Part shown: positions 19,597 to 30,754 of the stretch, piece by piece | How positions within the stretch are numbered: the first letter of the stretch is position 1 | Layout: each line of letters starts with the position of its first letter | DNA from: an uncultured Holophagales bacterium | GTDB taxonomy: Bacteria; Acidobacteriota; Thermoanaerobaculia; Multivoradales; UBA5704 | NCBI GenBank assembly: GCA_963842525.1 | Contig: CAWJGT010000034.1 | Location: 608,001-672,000 of the forward strand | Direction of reading: 5' to 3' | DNA: 64,000 nucleotides | The notes under the pieces: generated by a model | The model's database searches: none | The model's input: the letters and a program-made list of their open reading frames with translations, nothing else | What the model was told of the DNA's origin: nothing | Position numbers and translations under genes: made by a program

Positions 19597-22286
19597 TGCA
19601 GGCGCTTCTCTGTCCCTCCTGCGGTGCGGCCAACTCGGAGTTCGACAGCCGCTGCACAGCCTGTGGCGCCGCTCTGCCTGTCTGGTCCGGCACCATGGCC
19701 GTCGACTCTCAGGTTTCCCAGATCTCTCAGTTTTCTCAGATTTCCCAATACAGGCTTCTTCGCCCCCTCGGCCGCGGCGGCATGGGCGTCATCTATCTCG
19801 CCCAGGACGTCGATCTGGGCCGGGAGGTCGCCCTCAAGTTCCTCCGCCACCGGGGCAAGGTGCGTCCCGTGGACGAGGCCCGCTTCCGCCGCGAGGCCCA
19901 GGCCGCGGCTTCCCTCGACCATCCGAACATCGGCACCATCTACGAGGTCGGCGAGCACGAAGGCCAGCGCTTCCTCGCCATGGCGTATTACGACGGCACG
20001 ACCCTGGCCGAGCTTCTCGCCGGGCGGCCGGACAGGCGACTCCCCCTTGCCGATGCGGCAGCCATCGCCGGCCAGCTCGCCTCGGCCCTCGCCGCCGCCC
20101 ACGCCGCCGGCATCGTCCACCGGGACCTCAAGCCTGAGAATGTGATGGTGCTGCCGGACGGCCGGGTGAAGCTCCTCGACTTCGGCCTCGCCCGCTGGAT
20201 CGACTCCGGCGGCGTCACCGAGGAGGGGATGGCGATGGGGACCGCCGCCTATATGGCGCCCGAGCAGCTCGAGGGCCTGCGCATCAGCACCGCCGCCGAC
20301 CTGTGGGCGCTGGGCATGATCCTCTACGAAATGCTCGCCGGCCGGCGCGCCTTTGGCGGCGAGCGGCAGGGGATGGTCCACTCCATCCTCTTCGAGAACC
20401 CCCTGCCGCTGCGAGAGAGGAATGCGGATATGCCCGTGGTCCTGGAGACGATCGTGGCGCGCTGTCTTGCCAAGGAGCCGCGGGAGCGGCCTTCGGCCGG
20501 CGCCGTCGCCGCCGAGCTCCAGGCCTCCGGGCTCTGGGCCGGCTCCGGCTCCGGCTCCGGCGCCGTCGCCCCGTCTCCCCGCCGCCGGAGCCGGCGTGCC
20601 TGGGCCGTCGCCGGCCTTGCCCTGGCGGCGGCCTTGGGGATCTTTGTCGCCTGGAGCCTGCGGGCTCCGCGACCAGCGCAACCATCGCGCGAGCCGATCT
20701 ACGTCGCCGTCGCCCGGCCGGAGATCGGTCTCGGTGCCGGTCGGGAGGAGGTGATGCTGGCCGCAGCGGCCCTGCAGGCGGGCTCCCTCCGGGCACTGGC
20801 CGCGTTCGAAGGGATTGCGGCGCTCTCTCCCGGCGCCCCGGAGCCCGGCGAGCCGGTCCCGACCGTCCAGCGTCTGTCTCGCCTCGTGGCGGCGGAAGAG
20901 GTCCTGACCGCGAGCCTGGATTGCCAGCTCCACCAATGCCAGGCCGTGCTGCGAAGGCAGCGCGGCAGCGACGGCAAGATCCTTGATGCCACGGCGCCCT
21001 TCGAGGTGCCGCTGGACGACCTGCACCTCCTGGACACTGCCGCTGCCACCTATCCGAAGCCGCTCTATGCTGGATTTCACATCCGGCCGGAGTCCTCCCA
21101 GCTCCAGGTCCGCAGCGAGGACTACCAGGGCTTCCTGCGTGCCCAGCGGACGTGGCAGGAAGAACGGCCCGCTGACCTGGGGCCCCTGCTCGCCGAGCTG
21201 GATCAGATCCGGGCCGGCTCTCCGCTGTTCCTGGAGGCGTACCTGTTGGAGGCCAGGATCCAAGGGATCCGCTTTTTCCAGACTCGCGATCCGAAAGACC
21301 TCGACCATGCGCTCGGCCTGCTCGCCGAGGCGCGCCGGCTGGCCCCGGGCGATCCGCTGCCTCTGGTCACTCTGTTCAGCGTGGCGTTGAATGGCGGGCG
21401 GCTCGCCGATGCAGAGGAGGCCCTGCAAGAGCTGGAGCAGCGCCTGCCGGGCGACGTACGCACCCTGCATGAGAGAGGTCTGCTGAGCGAACAGAAGGGC
21501 GACCGCCGGAAGGCTCTGGAGCTGCTGCGTGCCGCCGTGCAGCGGCGCCCTTCCGCCATATATACACTGGACCTTGCCAATCTGGAGCTGCGCCAGGGCG
21601 AGATCCCGGCGGCCCGGCGCACCTTGGAGGGCCTGCTGCAGCGCCTCCCCGGGCACGCCGGCGGCGAGACACTCCTCGCCCAACTGGAATTGGAGGCTGG
21701 AAGCCCGGCCCGCGCCGCTGAGCTGTATACGGGCCTCGCCCGCCGCCAACCCGGAATCTCCGTCTTCACCAATCTCGGGGTCAGCCAGCTCCTTCTCGGC
21801 CACTACGCCGAGGCAGCCACCAGCCTGGAACGTGCCTGCTCCCTGGCTCCGAAGAGCTACGCCGCGGTCCTCAACCTGGGCGACGTCGAGCTCCTCCTGG
21901 GAAAGAAGGCCGAAGCGGAATCGCTGTACCGGCGCGCCCTCGAGCTGATGGCGCAGGACCCCGCTCCGGAAAACTGGCAGATCCTCGCGGCCAAGGCCCA
22001 GGCGCAGGCCCACCTCGGCCGCAAGACGGAAGCCGCGGCCACCATCCAGCAGGCCGTCATCGCCGCGCCCAACAACCCGGACGTCGCTTACACCGCGGCG
22101 CTCGTGTACTGCGTGATCGGCGACACCGCCTCCGCCCTCGCCAGCACCGATCGAGCCCTGGCCCACGGCTTCAACCGGCGCTGGTTCTCTCTCGCCTGGT
22201 TCGACCCCTTGCGCAAGGAGCCGGCCTTCCAAAAGCTGCTCGAAAAGCCGCCGGAAAGCCCTAACCCCCGCTCGGCGGCTCGTTGA
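19593..22286 (+). CDS. Membrane Ser/Thr kinase with N-terminal Zn ribbon and C-terminal TPRs
   Basis: CPSC...CTAC; GRGGMG; HRDLKPEN; DFGLA; TM helix; TPRs; ATGA-coupled to the activator. Confidence 0.92.
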   Translation: MMQALLCPSCGAANSEFDSRCTACGAALPVWSGTMAVDSQVSQISQFSQISQYRLLRPLGRGGMGVIYLAQDVDLGREVALKFLRHRGKVRPVDEARFRREAQAAASLDHPNIGTIYEVGEHEGQRFLAMAYYDGTTLAELLAGRPDRRLPLADAAAIAGQLASALAAAHAAGIVHRDLKPENVMVLPDGRVKLLDFGLARWIDSGGVTEEGMAMGTAAYMAPEQLEGLRISTAADLWALGMILYEMLAGRRAFGGERQGMVHSILFENPLPLRERNADMPVVLETIVARCLAKEPRERPSAGAVAAELQASGLWAGSGSGSGAVAPSPRRRSRRAWAVAGLALAAALGIFVAWSLRAPRPAQPSREPIYVAVARPEIGLGAGREEVMLAAAALQAGSLRALAAFEGIAALSPGAPEPGEPVPTVQRLSRLVAAEEVLTASLDCQLHQCQAVLRRQRGSDGKILDATAPFEVPLDDLHLLDTAAATYPKPLYAGFHIRPESSQLQVRSEDYQGFLRAQRTWQEERPADLGPLLAELDQIRAGSPLFLEAYLLEARIQGIRFFQTRDPKDLDHALGLLAEARRLAPGDPLPLVTLFSVALNGGRLADAEEALQELEQRLPGDVRTLHERGLLSEQKGDRRKALELLRAAVQRRPSAIYTLDLANLELRQGEIPAARRTLEGLLQRLPGHAGGETLLAQLELEAGSPARAAELYTGLARRQPGISVFTNLGVSQLLLGHYAEAATSLERACSLAPKSYAAVLNLGDVELLLGKKAEAESLYRRALELMAQDPAPENWQILAAKAQAQAHLGRKTEAAATIQQAVIAAPNNPDVAYTAALVYCVIGDTASALASTDRALAHGFNRRWFSLAWFDPLRKEPAFQKLLEKPPESPNPRSAAR

Positions 22287-22623
22287 CGATGACGGGATCG
22301 TCGGAGGAAAAGGTCTGATTACTGTGGATCACGGACACCGTAAAGCGGTGGTCGATCGACACCGGCGTGGAGTTGAAATCCCAGAGCGCGAGGTGCTGGT
22401 CCCCATGACGATGCATCACGAGCCAGAGCGGCTGATCGATTGGCTGACCTTCACCATCCTGCCACTGAATCGGATCGCTCGGAAACGTCACGCCCGTCGG
22501 GCCGCTGAGAGTGAAGGTGAGCAGGCTGATCTCATCCGGCGCGATCGAGACACTTCCTCCTGGCGAGACAGAAACCAACGAGGTCGCCGGATCAAAGTCC
22601 ACGGTGAATCGATAAGTAGCCAT
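22261..22623 (-). CDS. Small beta-sandwich protein, DP-EP family-like
   Basis: 120 aa; GGAGG RBS; C-terminal [11 protein letters not shown]. Confidence 0.65.
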   Translation of the reverse strand: MATYRFTVDFDPATSLVSVSPGGSVSIAPDEISLLTFTLSGPTGVTFPSDPIQWQDGEGQPIDQPLWLVMHRHGDQHLALWDFNSTPVSIDHRFTVSVIHSNQTFSSDDPVIVNEPPSGG

Positions 22624-22671
22624 TGTCTATCCTCCGTCGTTAGTTAGGTCGGGTGTTGTTCTCAGGTCTAT

Positions 22672-22687
22672 AGCACGAGTGGTGCCT
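22672..22687 (-). promoter_or_regulatory. sigma54 -24/-12 promoter
   Basis: AGGCACCACTCGTGCT (GG-N10-GC), 48 bp upstream of ATG 22623. Confidence 0.65.
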
Positions 22688-22707
22688 ACCCTCCGGCGGA
22701 CAGCGTT

Positions 22708-22761
22708 CTCCCAGGAAACGGTGGCAGATTTGTGGAATGACTGCCTCTCGCCGTAGGCAGC
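22708..22761. promoter_or_regulatory. Two putative bEBP sites (CTCCC/CTGCC-N10-GGCAG)
   Basis: 22708-22727 and 22741-22760, 33 bp apart. Confidence 0.65.
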
Positions 22762-22862
22762 GCGGCCCAGCCGACCCATGCCGCGCTCCGGAGGCAGATG
22801 CCTTCGTGGAGTGGCACATCAATCGGCGTCAGTTACAGTCGGCTGACATGGTGCCAGCGATG

Positions 22863-23744
22863 TCAGACCAGGATCAACGCGACGCCGAGCCCCATCAACA
22901 GCACGGAGAGGACCTTGCGCGGGGTGACCGGCTCGGCGAAGAGGAGGCGGCCGAAGAGCACGGCGCTGATGTTCCCGATTCCCCTCTTCAGGGTCTCGAC
23001 CAGCCCGACCCAGACGAGCTCCATGGCCTTGAGCTGTAGACCCAGCGCGAGGGCGCTCAGCACTACACCGAGCAGAAAGACGCCGCGCGTCCGCCGCACG
23101 TCCGACAGCTCGGGCAGACGGCGGGTGGCGATGAGGGCGCAGAAGATGCCGGAGGCTACGCCCGCGTTCAGCACCAGGCCATGGAAGGGACCGCTCGAGC
23201 GCTCCAGGGCCATCTTGTCGAGCGGGACGGCCACTGACCAGAGGAAGGCCACCATCACCATCCAGAGGGTCCCCTTCTCACGGGTCCACGACCTCCAGAT
23301 GGCTGCCGCCGACAGCCCCTCCTCCACCACCAGGTTCAGACCGAAGGCCCCGCCGACGACCAGCAGGATGCCGAGGCCCTGGAGCGGCGTCGGCCGTTCT
23401 CCCAGCATGGGGATCGCCAGAAGCGTCGTGAAGACCGGGGTCAACGAGAGGAGCGGGATGGTGACGGAGAGCGGCGAGACCCGGAGCGCGGCCAGGAAGG
23501 CCAGGTTCGCCCCGATGTTGACGACCACCGAGGTGAGCGCCGGCAGCAGGTAGCCCTGCCCGAGGGCCGGCATCCCCTCCACCGCCACCCAGAGGGCAAA
23601 GAGAGGCGCCGTCACCGCGGTCTGCAGGAAGAGGAGCGGCAGGGGCTGGACGTGTGACGTCAGCTCCTTGCGCGTCGCATCCACCCCGCTCCAGGCCAGG
23701 CTGGACAGGAGGACGAGCAGCAGGGCTCCGAGGGGGGTGGACAT
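22863..23744 (-). CDS. DMT/EamA-family transporter
   Basis: ~10 TM helices; SPLSVTIPLLSLTPVFTTLLA..LGER; FAEP. Confidence 0.88.
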   Translation of the reverse strand: MSTPLGALLLVLLSSLAWSGVDATRKELTSHVQPLPLLFLQTAVTAPLFALWVAVEGMPALGQGYLLPALTSVVVNIGANLAFLAALRVSPLSVTIPLLSLTPVFTTLLAIPMLGERPTPLQGLGILLVVGGAFGLNLVVEEGLSAAAIWRSWTREKGTLWMVMVAFLWSVAVPLDKMALERSSGPFHGLVLNAGVASGIFCALIATRRLPELSDVRRTRGVFLLGVVLSALALGLQLKAMELVWVGLVETLKRGIGNISAVLFGRLLFAEPVTPRKVLSVLLMGLGVALILV

Positions 23745-23781
23745 GGCGGGATCCCGATCGCGCCGGGATCATATGGCATTT

Positions 23782-23816
23782 GCTGGGAGCGCCAGCACAG
23801 TGCCGGCGCTCCCAGC
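23782..23816. terminator. Hairpin (CTGG-type REP-like or terminator)
   Basis: GCTGGGAGCGCC-N11-GGCGCTCCCAGC, just after the hydrolase stop. Confidence 0.6.
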
Positions 23817-23832
23817 GGATGACGAAGTAGAA

Positions 23833-25603
23833 TTAATCCGCCCGCTTGGTCACCAGATCCGGTCGGCCGGGCTGGCTCAGGGTGAGCGCGGTGGCCTTCC
23901 CTTCGGTCACCTGGAACGACACCTTGTGCCCGGGCGGCAGGCCCTCCACCCGGAAGTGGGCCGGCGAGGTCGGAATCAGCAGGTACCGCGGCCCTCCTTT
24001 GAAGCCGAAGCGCACGCGGCTTCCCAAGAGATCCACCAGGGCCGTCGGACCCGGGTCCCTTGCATAGGAGCCTGGGAGCCGCTCGAGATCGGCCAGGGCG
24101 ACTGTGACCTCGGGGTCGCCGAAGCTCAGCGCGAAATCCGGCCGCCGCATCCTGGCGACGCAGGCGGTGTCGAGCCCCTCCGGCGTGCCGGCCTCGATGA
24201 ATGCGGCGATCAAGCCGAACAGGCAGTCTTCGCCCTCCATCCCATCGGTGTTGTGGGCGGCGTCCGGGACCACCACATGGCGCGACCGCTTCAAGGTCCG
24301 GGCGACCCGCTCGCCGTTGGAGGGCGGCGTGGCCGGATCGCGCTCCCCCGAGATCAGCAGGGACGGCACGTCCGCAACGACCGGGGCCTGGAGGTCCGGC
24401 CCAAGATCGCGCGCCGGCCAACCCTCGCAGGCGGCCTGCTGCCGGCGGACGCGGAAATCCCCCAGGAAGGTGCCGGCCACGGCCGCCGCGATCTCCTCCT
24501 CGCGGATCCCGGCCACGTCCTCGGCGCAGGTGATTGACTGGTAAAGGCCTTCCGCTTCCATGACGCCCCCGTTGAAGCGGGCCGACAGGGCCAGGGGCTT
24601 CCAGTCCCCCTGGGCCGCCAGATGGAGCTCCAGCGGCACCAGAGCGGCATCGGCCGGCGTGTAGAGCATATAGCGGAGGGTCTGGGCCACCCCGTTGCGC
24701 GCCAGGCGCACCTCGAAAGGCTGGCCGGTCTCCGAGTCGGTGCAGCTCGACCCGGACCGGCTCCGTGGTGGCGCGGCGCAGCACGGCCTCCACGTCCTGG
24801 CGCAGGCTCGGGAAGGCGCCGCGGCAGGCCGGGTCCCCCTCGCACTCGGCGATCAGGCCGTCGAGCGCCTGCTGGGTGGTGCGGGGCATGCCCACAAGAT
24901 GCCGCACGTCGGGTGCCAGGACGCCGTCCATCGTGGCGGTCCGCACGCTCCGCGGGTGACGCCGCAGATAGGTCAGCACGGCGCGCGTGCCGTAGGAGAC
25001 TCCCATCAGGTTGACCGGTCCGTAGCCGAGAGCGGTGCGCACCTCCTCGAGGTCGTCGACCAGGGCGTCGGTGGTGTACCAGGAGAGGTCCACCTCCTTC
25101 TTCAGCCGATCCCGGCAGGCCTGGATCTTGTCGGTGGGCAGGAAGCTGTCCAGGAAACCCTGGAGCCTCTCGTTGCCACGCAGCTCCGGGCAGACGAGAG
25201 CGCCGGACTCTCCGGTCCCCCGCAGGTCGACCAGCAGCACGTCGCGCTTCTGGCGCAGGGAGGCCAGCGGCTGGACCATGTACAGCCCCCAGGGGATCGA
25301 GGCTTCTCCCGGTCCACCGGCGATGTAGGTGAACGGATCGGGAAGCCGGTCGGGGCCGGTGGCCGGGAGCACCACGATGCGGAGCGGGATCTTCCGGCCC
25401 GTCCGAGCAGCCCGGTTTTCGAACACCTCATAGGTGCCGCAGAGCGCATCCGGTGGCATGCCCGGCTCCTTGCAAGGGGTGAGCTCGGGCCGGCGCGGCG
25501 GCTCCGCCGCAGACCCGTCGTCGGCCGCCCAGAGGTGGCCGAGGACGGCGAAGACGGCAAGGACAGTAAGGACGGCGAGGACGACGCGCTGATGTCTCAT
25601 CAC
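23833..25603 (-). CDS. Secreted alpha/beta hydrolase (TAP-like peptidase); frameshift near 24745
   Basis: AGGPG, DLRGTGES, GVSYGT nucleophile, ISGERDPATP, AAHN. Confidence 0.88.
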
Positions 25604-25734
25604 GGACTCCTCTCGGGAAAGTTTGCCGACGTAGTGTATCGCAACACCAGTACACTACGCCAGCCCCGGTCCGGGAAGTGCTTCCGGTACGGTCTCCGGT
25701 GTATGATCCTTGGGTCCGCTTTTGTCTTCAGGTC

Positions 25735-27426
25735 ATGAAGTTGCGCTGCAACCGTACCTCGTCGCCTCGCCGTGCCCTGCTCCTCTTGTGGCTGGCGGTC
25801 CTTCTCGCCCTCGGCGGGCCGGGAGCGGTGCGCGCCCAGCCGGCGCTTCTGGCCGCGGTCACCTCGGAGGACAAGGCCGCGGAAGAGGCGCAACAGGCCT
25901 CCTTCGAAGGAGCCACGATCCGCGAGATCCGGATCGTCAACAAGAGCATCTTCAACACGGACGAGCCGGACGAGGACAAGCTCCTCTTCCGCATCGCGGA
26001 CCGCCTTCACCGCACCACGCGGCCCGAGGTCATCGAGCAGCAGATCCTGCTGCGGCCGGGCGACCGCTTCTCTGCCGATGCGCTGCACGAGTCCGAGCGG
26101 ATCCTGCGCGCCAATCCATATCTCTACGAGGCGGAGATCCATGCGGTGCCGGCCGGCGACGGCCGGGTGGACCTCGTGGTGGAGACCCGGGACGTCTGGA
26201 CGTTGCGCGGCGGGATCTCCTTCAACCGCTCCGGCGGCGAGAACTCGGGCAGCATCAACCTGGAGGACTCGAACTTCCTGGGGACCGGCAAAGAGTTGAC
26301 GCTGCTGCGCACCACCAACGTCGACCGGACCTCGAACCTGGTGCGCTACCGTGACCCCAACCTGGACGGCAGCCGCACCCGGCTGGAGCTCTCATACGCG
26401 GACAACAGCGACGGCGGGCGCAGGCGCATCGAGATGGAACGGCCCTTTTACTCGCTCGATACGCGGTGGGCCATGGGCGTCCGCGGCATGGTCGACGAAC
26501 GGATCGAGCGGCTCTACGACCTGGGAGACATCTTCCAGGCCTACACCTACGAGCGCAAATTTGCCGAGGTCTACACCGGCTTCTCGCCGGGGCGGTCCGG
26601 CAATGGCACCCACCGCTGGCGGCTCGGCCTGACGGTCGACCGCGAGCGCTTCGGGCCGGACGGCGGCCTCGACTCCGATACGCTGCTCCCGGCCAACCGC
26701 GACCTGGGCTATCCCTGGATCGGCTACGAGTACGTGCAGGACGCATTCGTCACCGAGCGCGGCCTCGACCGCCTGGCCAGCACGGAGGACCTGAACCTCG
26801 GCCGGCAGTTCCACTGGCGCCTGGGCTGGTCTACGCCCGACCTCGGCGCGGACGTCACCCGCTGGATCTTCGACACCGGGGTGACGACCGGCTGGCGCCC
26901 TTCGCCGCGGCAGCTCGTCATGGCTTCAGCCCAGGCGGGCAGCCGTTGGCGCGACGGCGACGAGGAGAACCTCCGTGTCGGCGGTGCGCTGCGCTACTTC
27001 GCCCGGACCTTCTGGAGCAACGTCTTCTACGTCGGCGTGGAGGGGGAGATCGTCGAGAGCCCGGACCTGGAAGGCCAGCTCCTCCTGGGAGGCGATACCG
27101 GTCTGCGCGGCTATCCGCTGCGTCTGGAGGCGGGAGACCGCCGCTGGCTCTTCACCGCGGAGCAGCGCTTCTTCAGCGAGCGGGAGTTCTTCCACCTCCT
27201 GCATCTGGGCGCCGCCGTCTTTTTCGACATGGGCCGCGCCTGGTACGAAGACCCGCCGCCGGGCTTTGCCGGCGACCAGCCGAAGCTGCGCGACATCGGC
27301 CTCGGCCTGCGCATCGGCTCCAGCCGCTCCTCCAAAGCCGCCATGATCCACCTCGACCTCGCCTACCCCCTGGACGGCGACAGCTCGAAGATCCAGTGGC
27401 TGGTGTCGTCGAGCGAGACGTTCTGA
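25735..27426 (+). CDS. Omp85/BamA-TamA-like outer membrane protein
   Basis: Signal peptide, POTRA-like segment, LGGDTGLRGYP, C-terminal F. Confidence 0.82.
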   Translation: MKLRCNRTSSPRRALLLLWLAVLLALGGPGAVRAQPALLAAVTSEDKAAEEAQQASFEGATIREIRIVNKSIFNTDEPDEDKLLFRIADRLHRTTRPEVIEQQILLRPGDRFSADALHESERILRANPYLYEAEIHAVPAGDGRVDLVVETRDVWTLRGGISFNRSGGENSGSINLEDSNFLGTGKELTLLRTTNVDRTSNLVRYRDPNLDGSRTRLELSYADNSDGGRRRIEMERPFYSLDTRWAMGVRGMVDERIERLYDLGDIFQAYTYERKFAEVYTGFSPGRSGNGTHRWRLGLTVDRERFGPDGGLDSDTLLPANRDLGYPWIGYEYVQDAFVTERGLDRLASTEDLNLGRQFHWRLGWSTPDLGADVTRWIFDTGVTTGWRPSPRQLVMASAQAGSRWRDGDEENLRVGGALRYFARTFWSNVFYVGVEGEIVESPDLEGQLLLGGDTGLRGYPLRLEAGDRRWLFTAEQRFFSEREFFHLLHLGAAVFFDMGRAWYEDPPPGFAGDQPKLRDIGLGLRIGSSRSSKAAMIHLDLAYPLDGDSSKIQWLVSSSETF

Positions 27427-27481
27427 CCTCACCCCCTGTCCCCCTCTCCCATCGCCCCCCCTTCCACCGGGAGAGGGGGGA
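27427..27481. repeat. REP-like element (CCTCACCCCCTGTCCCCCTCTCCC...GGGAGAGGGGGGA)
   Basis: Nearly identical to the arms at 40134-40337 and 54621-54765. Confidence 0.8.
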
Positions 27482-27535
27482 CGCAGGCGGAGACACAGTG
27501 GCTCGCGATAGACTGTTTCTCAAGGTAAGAGACCG

Positions 27536-28601
27536 ATGCTGAAGAAAATCCGGCTCACCGATTTCAAGAGCTTCGTGGACGAGGAGGTCGAGCTCGCTCC
27601 GTTGACGCTGCTTGTCGGGGCGAACGCTTCCGGGAAGAGCAACTTCCTGGATGCGATCCGGTTTCTTCAGGTGCTCAGTGTTGGCCTGACATTGGGCGAG
27701 GTGCTTAATGGTGAGGAGAGCTCTCGTCCGGATTCTTGGCCGGGGATTCGGGGGCGTGCTCCAGAAGCTGCCAGGGTCGGAACCTCCACGTTCTCCATTG
27801 AAACGCTATGGCTTCATCCGGACGAGCCCCCGGAGGCACGAGAAGCATGGGAAGCTCTGGCATCGGATTAGCTGCCAAACGGAACCCATTCCGAGCTTGG
27901 AGGAGGAAACGGTCTCTGGCCCCGATAAAGGCCAAGCAGTGACCAGAACGGCGTTCCAATTCAACCTCTGGTACAGCCGGTTCCTCGAAATGAAACCCGA
28001 CAAGATGCGTAACTATGGCCGCCGAGGTGCACCTTTGGGAGATGAAGGGAAGAACCTCTCGGGTGCGCTTGCGGATCAATGCTCGGTCGAAGAAGATAAG
28101 CGTAGCCTCATTGACTGGCTGACCGCACTCTGCGCGCCGGACCTGGAAGACATTGAGTTTGTGGACGTGCCTCAACTCGGCGACTTGATGGCGATGTTCG
28201 TTGAGAGCGGCGGCCGCCGAATATCCGCGAGGAGTATCTCCGACGGTACTCTTCGCTTTTTGGGAACGCTCCTTTCTTTGCGCAGCGCGGATTCGGGACT
28301 CTTGTTGATCGAGGAGATCGAGTCCGGCCTGCACCCGACGCGTATTCGCCTGCTCGTTGAGTTTCTCGAATCCGTCGTCCGTGAGCGCGACATCCAAGTC
28401 ATTGCGACCACCCACTCCCCCGTTGTTCTTCAATGGCTGAGCGACGAAGCTCTCCGCAACGTGATCGTCTTCGGCCGCGTGCCCGACCACGAAGGCACGA
28501 TCATGCGCCGCCTCGGCGATCTCCCCCACTTCGACGAGGTCGTGCAGCGCAAGGGGATCGAAGAGCTGTTCACGACCGGCTGGCTGGAGATGGCTCTGTG
28601 A
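27536..28601 (+). CDS. AAA_21/ABC-type ATPase; frameshift near 27870
   Basis: GANASGKSN, ISDGTLR, LIEEIESGLHP, ATTHSP. Confidence 0.85.
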
Positions 28602-28976
28602 AGGTCCTCATCATTCCGGAGGACCCCACTCTCGATCGGCACATCCTCAAGCCTGTCGTCGGGCGGATCTTCGCTGACCTGGGCAAGTCGCCGCGCATCG
28701 ACGTGCTATCGAATCCTCGCTTGCGCGGTGTGGCGCAGGCCCTCGACGCGGCCGTCTTGGCGGACATCGTTGCGACGTTCCGAGCGCAATCCCAAAGAGC
28801 GGTTTGCCCGCCCTTTTCTCGAAGAGAAAGCTCCAAAGCTCGATCCTGGCGCCGGCCGGGCCTGGGCGATGCGGGGGCTGGCAACGCGCTGGCGCGGTGT
28901 GCTTCAATGTTGCGAGGAGCTCGCGGAGCTGAAGCAGCGTATTTCCGCCTGGATCGAGCTGCGGCCGGAGGGTTGA
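28598..28976 (+). pseudogene. ATPase partner gene (TOPRIM/RloB/DUF4276-like?), apparently internally deleted
   Basis: GTGA-coupled; MKVLIIPEDPTLD... then a frame change near 28785 to ERNPKERF...CCEELAELKQRI; no DxD segment. Confidence 0.55.
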
Positions 28977-29016
28977 AATGTTCCGCTCGAAATCGACACC
29001 TTCTACGGAGGTAGCC

Positions 29017-30735
29017 ATGAAAAGACTCCGCCGCTTTGCAGCCCTGGCTCTGGCAGTGCTCGTTTCCGTCCCGCCCGCCCTGGTGGCACAAGCCCCGGTG
29101 CAGCCGGCCCAGCCACAGGCTGAGCTGCCGGCGTTCGACGAGATCATCGACGTGCGGGTGGTCAATCTGGAGGTGGTGGTCACGGACCGCCAGGGGAACC
29201 GGGTGAGGGATCTGAAGCCCTCCGACTTCCGCCTGAAGATCGACAAGCAGCAGGTACCGATTGCCTTTTTCACGGAGGTGCGGGAAGGCCAGGCTGTGGC
29301 ACCGGCTGCCGCGAGCGGATCGGAGGAGGCGCCGGTTCCGGTGCAGGACTTGTCTCCTGGCGGGACCGTGGGCACCAACTACCTCGTCTTCATCGACGAT
29401 TACTTCTCCGTCGCCTTGCGCCGCAACGAGGTGCTCAAGTCTCTGAAGAACCAGATTTTCCAGCTTGGCCCCCAGGACCGGATGTCCCTCGTCGCCTTCG
29501 ACGGCGGCCGGCTGGAACGGCTCACCGGCTGGACGGCGTCGGCCGCAGAGCTCGCCACGGCCTTTGACCAGGCCATGGCACGGCCGGCCCGAGGTCTGGA
29601 CCGGATCTCGGAGAAGCGCAGCTTCCTGAGCTCAGAGAGTTTCGAGATCCAAATCAATGCCCCGATGATCGGCAGGAGCACCGGTCCGGCTCCGGTCGCG
29701 GACGCCTCGGATCCCACGATCACGGCGAACCGCGCCGCGAGCCCGGGCCTGAGCCAGCAGGAGAAGGCCTACGGCTCGACCCTGGTGCTGCAGATCGAGG
29801 GCGCGGTTTCGGCCGCGGTGAGCGCGATGCGCGGATCGGCCGCGCCGCAAGGGCGCAAGGTGATGCTTCTGCTCTCCGGAGGTTGGCCCTTCTCGATCGA
29901 GAGCTTCCTGCGCGGTTCCGATTCCGTCATCACCTCCCACGAGCTGCCGCAGGGTGATGAGACGTTCGCGCCGCTGACCAGCGCGGCCAACCTCCTCGGC
30001 TACACGATCTATCCGGTCGACGTGCCCGGGATCGAGACCGCGGCAGCAGATGCCGAGGCGGGCAGCCCCAGCAGCAGCATCGACAGCCTGCGCGAGCAGG
30101 AGGTACACGGCGCGGTCCAGTTCCTCGCCCAGCAGACCGGGGGCAGGCCGATCCTCAACAGCAAGCGGAACGAGGCGCTCCAGACTGCGGTGGCGGACAC
30201 CCGCTCCTACTACTGGCTCGGCTTCAGCCCCACCTGGCAGCGCAACGATGGACGGCACAAGATCGCGATCGAGGTCCTGCGGCCCGGCCTCAGAGCCCGC
30301 ACGCGCAACGACTTCCTCGATCTCTCGTTCAAAACGGAGATGGGGATGCTGCTCGAAAGCGCCCTGCTCTTCGGCAGCCTCCCGAACTCGCTCCCGATGC
30401 CGATGCGCGCGGGCGCGCCGGTGCGCTCCGCGAAGGGCGAGATGGAGATCCCCCTCACCCTCGGCTTCCCGGTGGACGCCCTGACGGTGATGGCGACGAA
30501 CGGGAAATACGTGGGCAAGGTGGAGCTGCGCATCGCCGCGGCCGACGAGAACGGCAACCGCTCGGAGGTGGTCTCAATGCCGCTCGACCTCGCCTCCGAC
30601 AAACCCCCGAAGGCCGGCGGCTTCGTGCGCTACGAGACCAAGATCAAGCTGCGCGGCAAGGCCAGCCGCATCGCGGCAGTCAGCTACGACATGCTGAGCG
30701 GCAAGATGGCGGCGGGTCAGATCCTCACGCCGTAA
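29017..30735 (+). CDS. Acidobacterial VWA-related domain protein
   Basis: Signal peptide; VVNLEVVVTDRQGNRVRDLKPSDF; GRKVMLLLSGG; LAQQTGG; YYWLGF. Confidence 0.88.
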   Translation: MKRLRRFAALALAVLVSVPPALVAQAPVQPAQPQAELPAFDEIIDVRVVNLEVVVTDRQGNRVRDLKPSDFRLKIDKQQVPIAFFTEVREGQAVAPAAASGSEEAPVPVQDLSPGGTVGTNYLVFIDDYFSVALRRNEVLKSLKNQIFQLGPQDRMSLVAFDGGRLERLTGWTASAAELATAFDQAMARPARGLDRISEKRSFLSSESFEIQINAPMIGRSTGPAPVADASDPTITANRAASPGLSQQEKAYGSTLVLQIEGAVSAAVSAMRGSAAPQGRKVMLLLSGGWPFSIESFLRGSDSVITSHELPQGDETFAPLTSAANLLGYTIYPVDVPGIETAAADAEAGSPSSSIDSLREQEVHGAVQFLAQQTGGRPILNSKRNEALQTAVADTRSYYWLGFSPTWQRNDGRHKIAIEVLRPGLRARTRNDFLDLSFKTEMGMLLESALLFGSLPNSLPMPMRAGAPVRSAKGEMEIPLTLGFPVDALTVMATNGKYVGKVELRIAAADENGNRSEVVSMPLDLASDKPPKAGGFVRYETKIKLRGKASRIAAVSYDMLSGKMAAGQILTP

Positions 30736-30754
30736 GTCTCCGCTCCCATCCCCG

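Noticed and set aside
19707-19751. Short coding tandem repeats ([14 protein letters not shown]; also LESTLESTLESL near 41600 and VLAVLTVLAVFAVL near 25560)
   Set aside because: In-frame slippage in unconstrained termini; no further signal.
19533-22232. Long antisense and alternative-frame ORFs here and throughout the window
   Set aside because: Expected in high-GC DNA; they overlap motif-bearing genes and lack recognisable domains.
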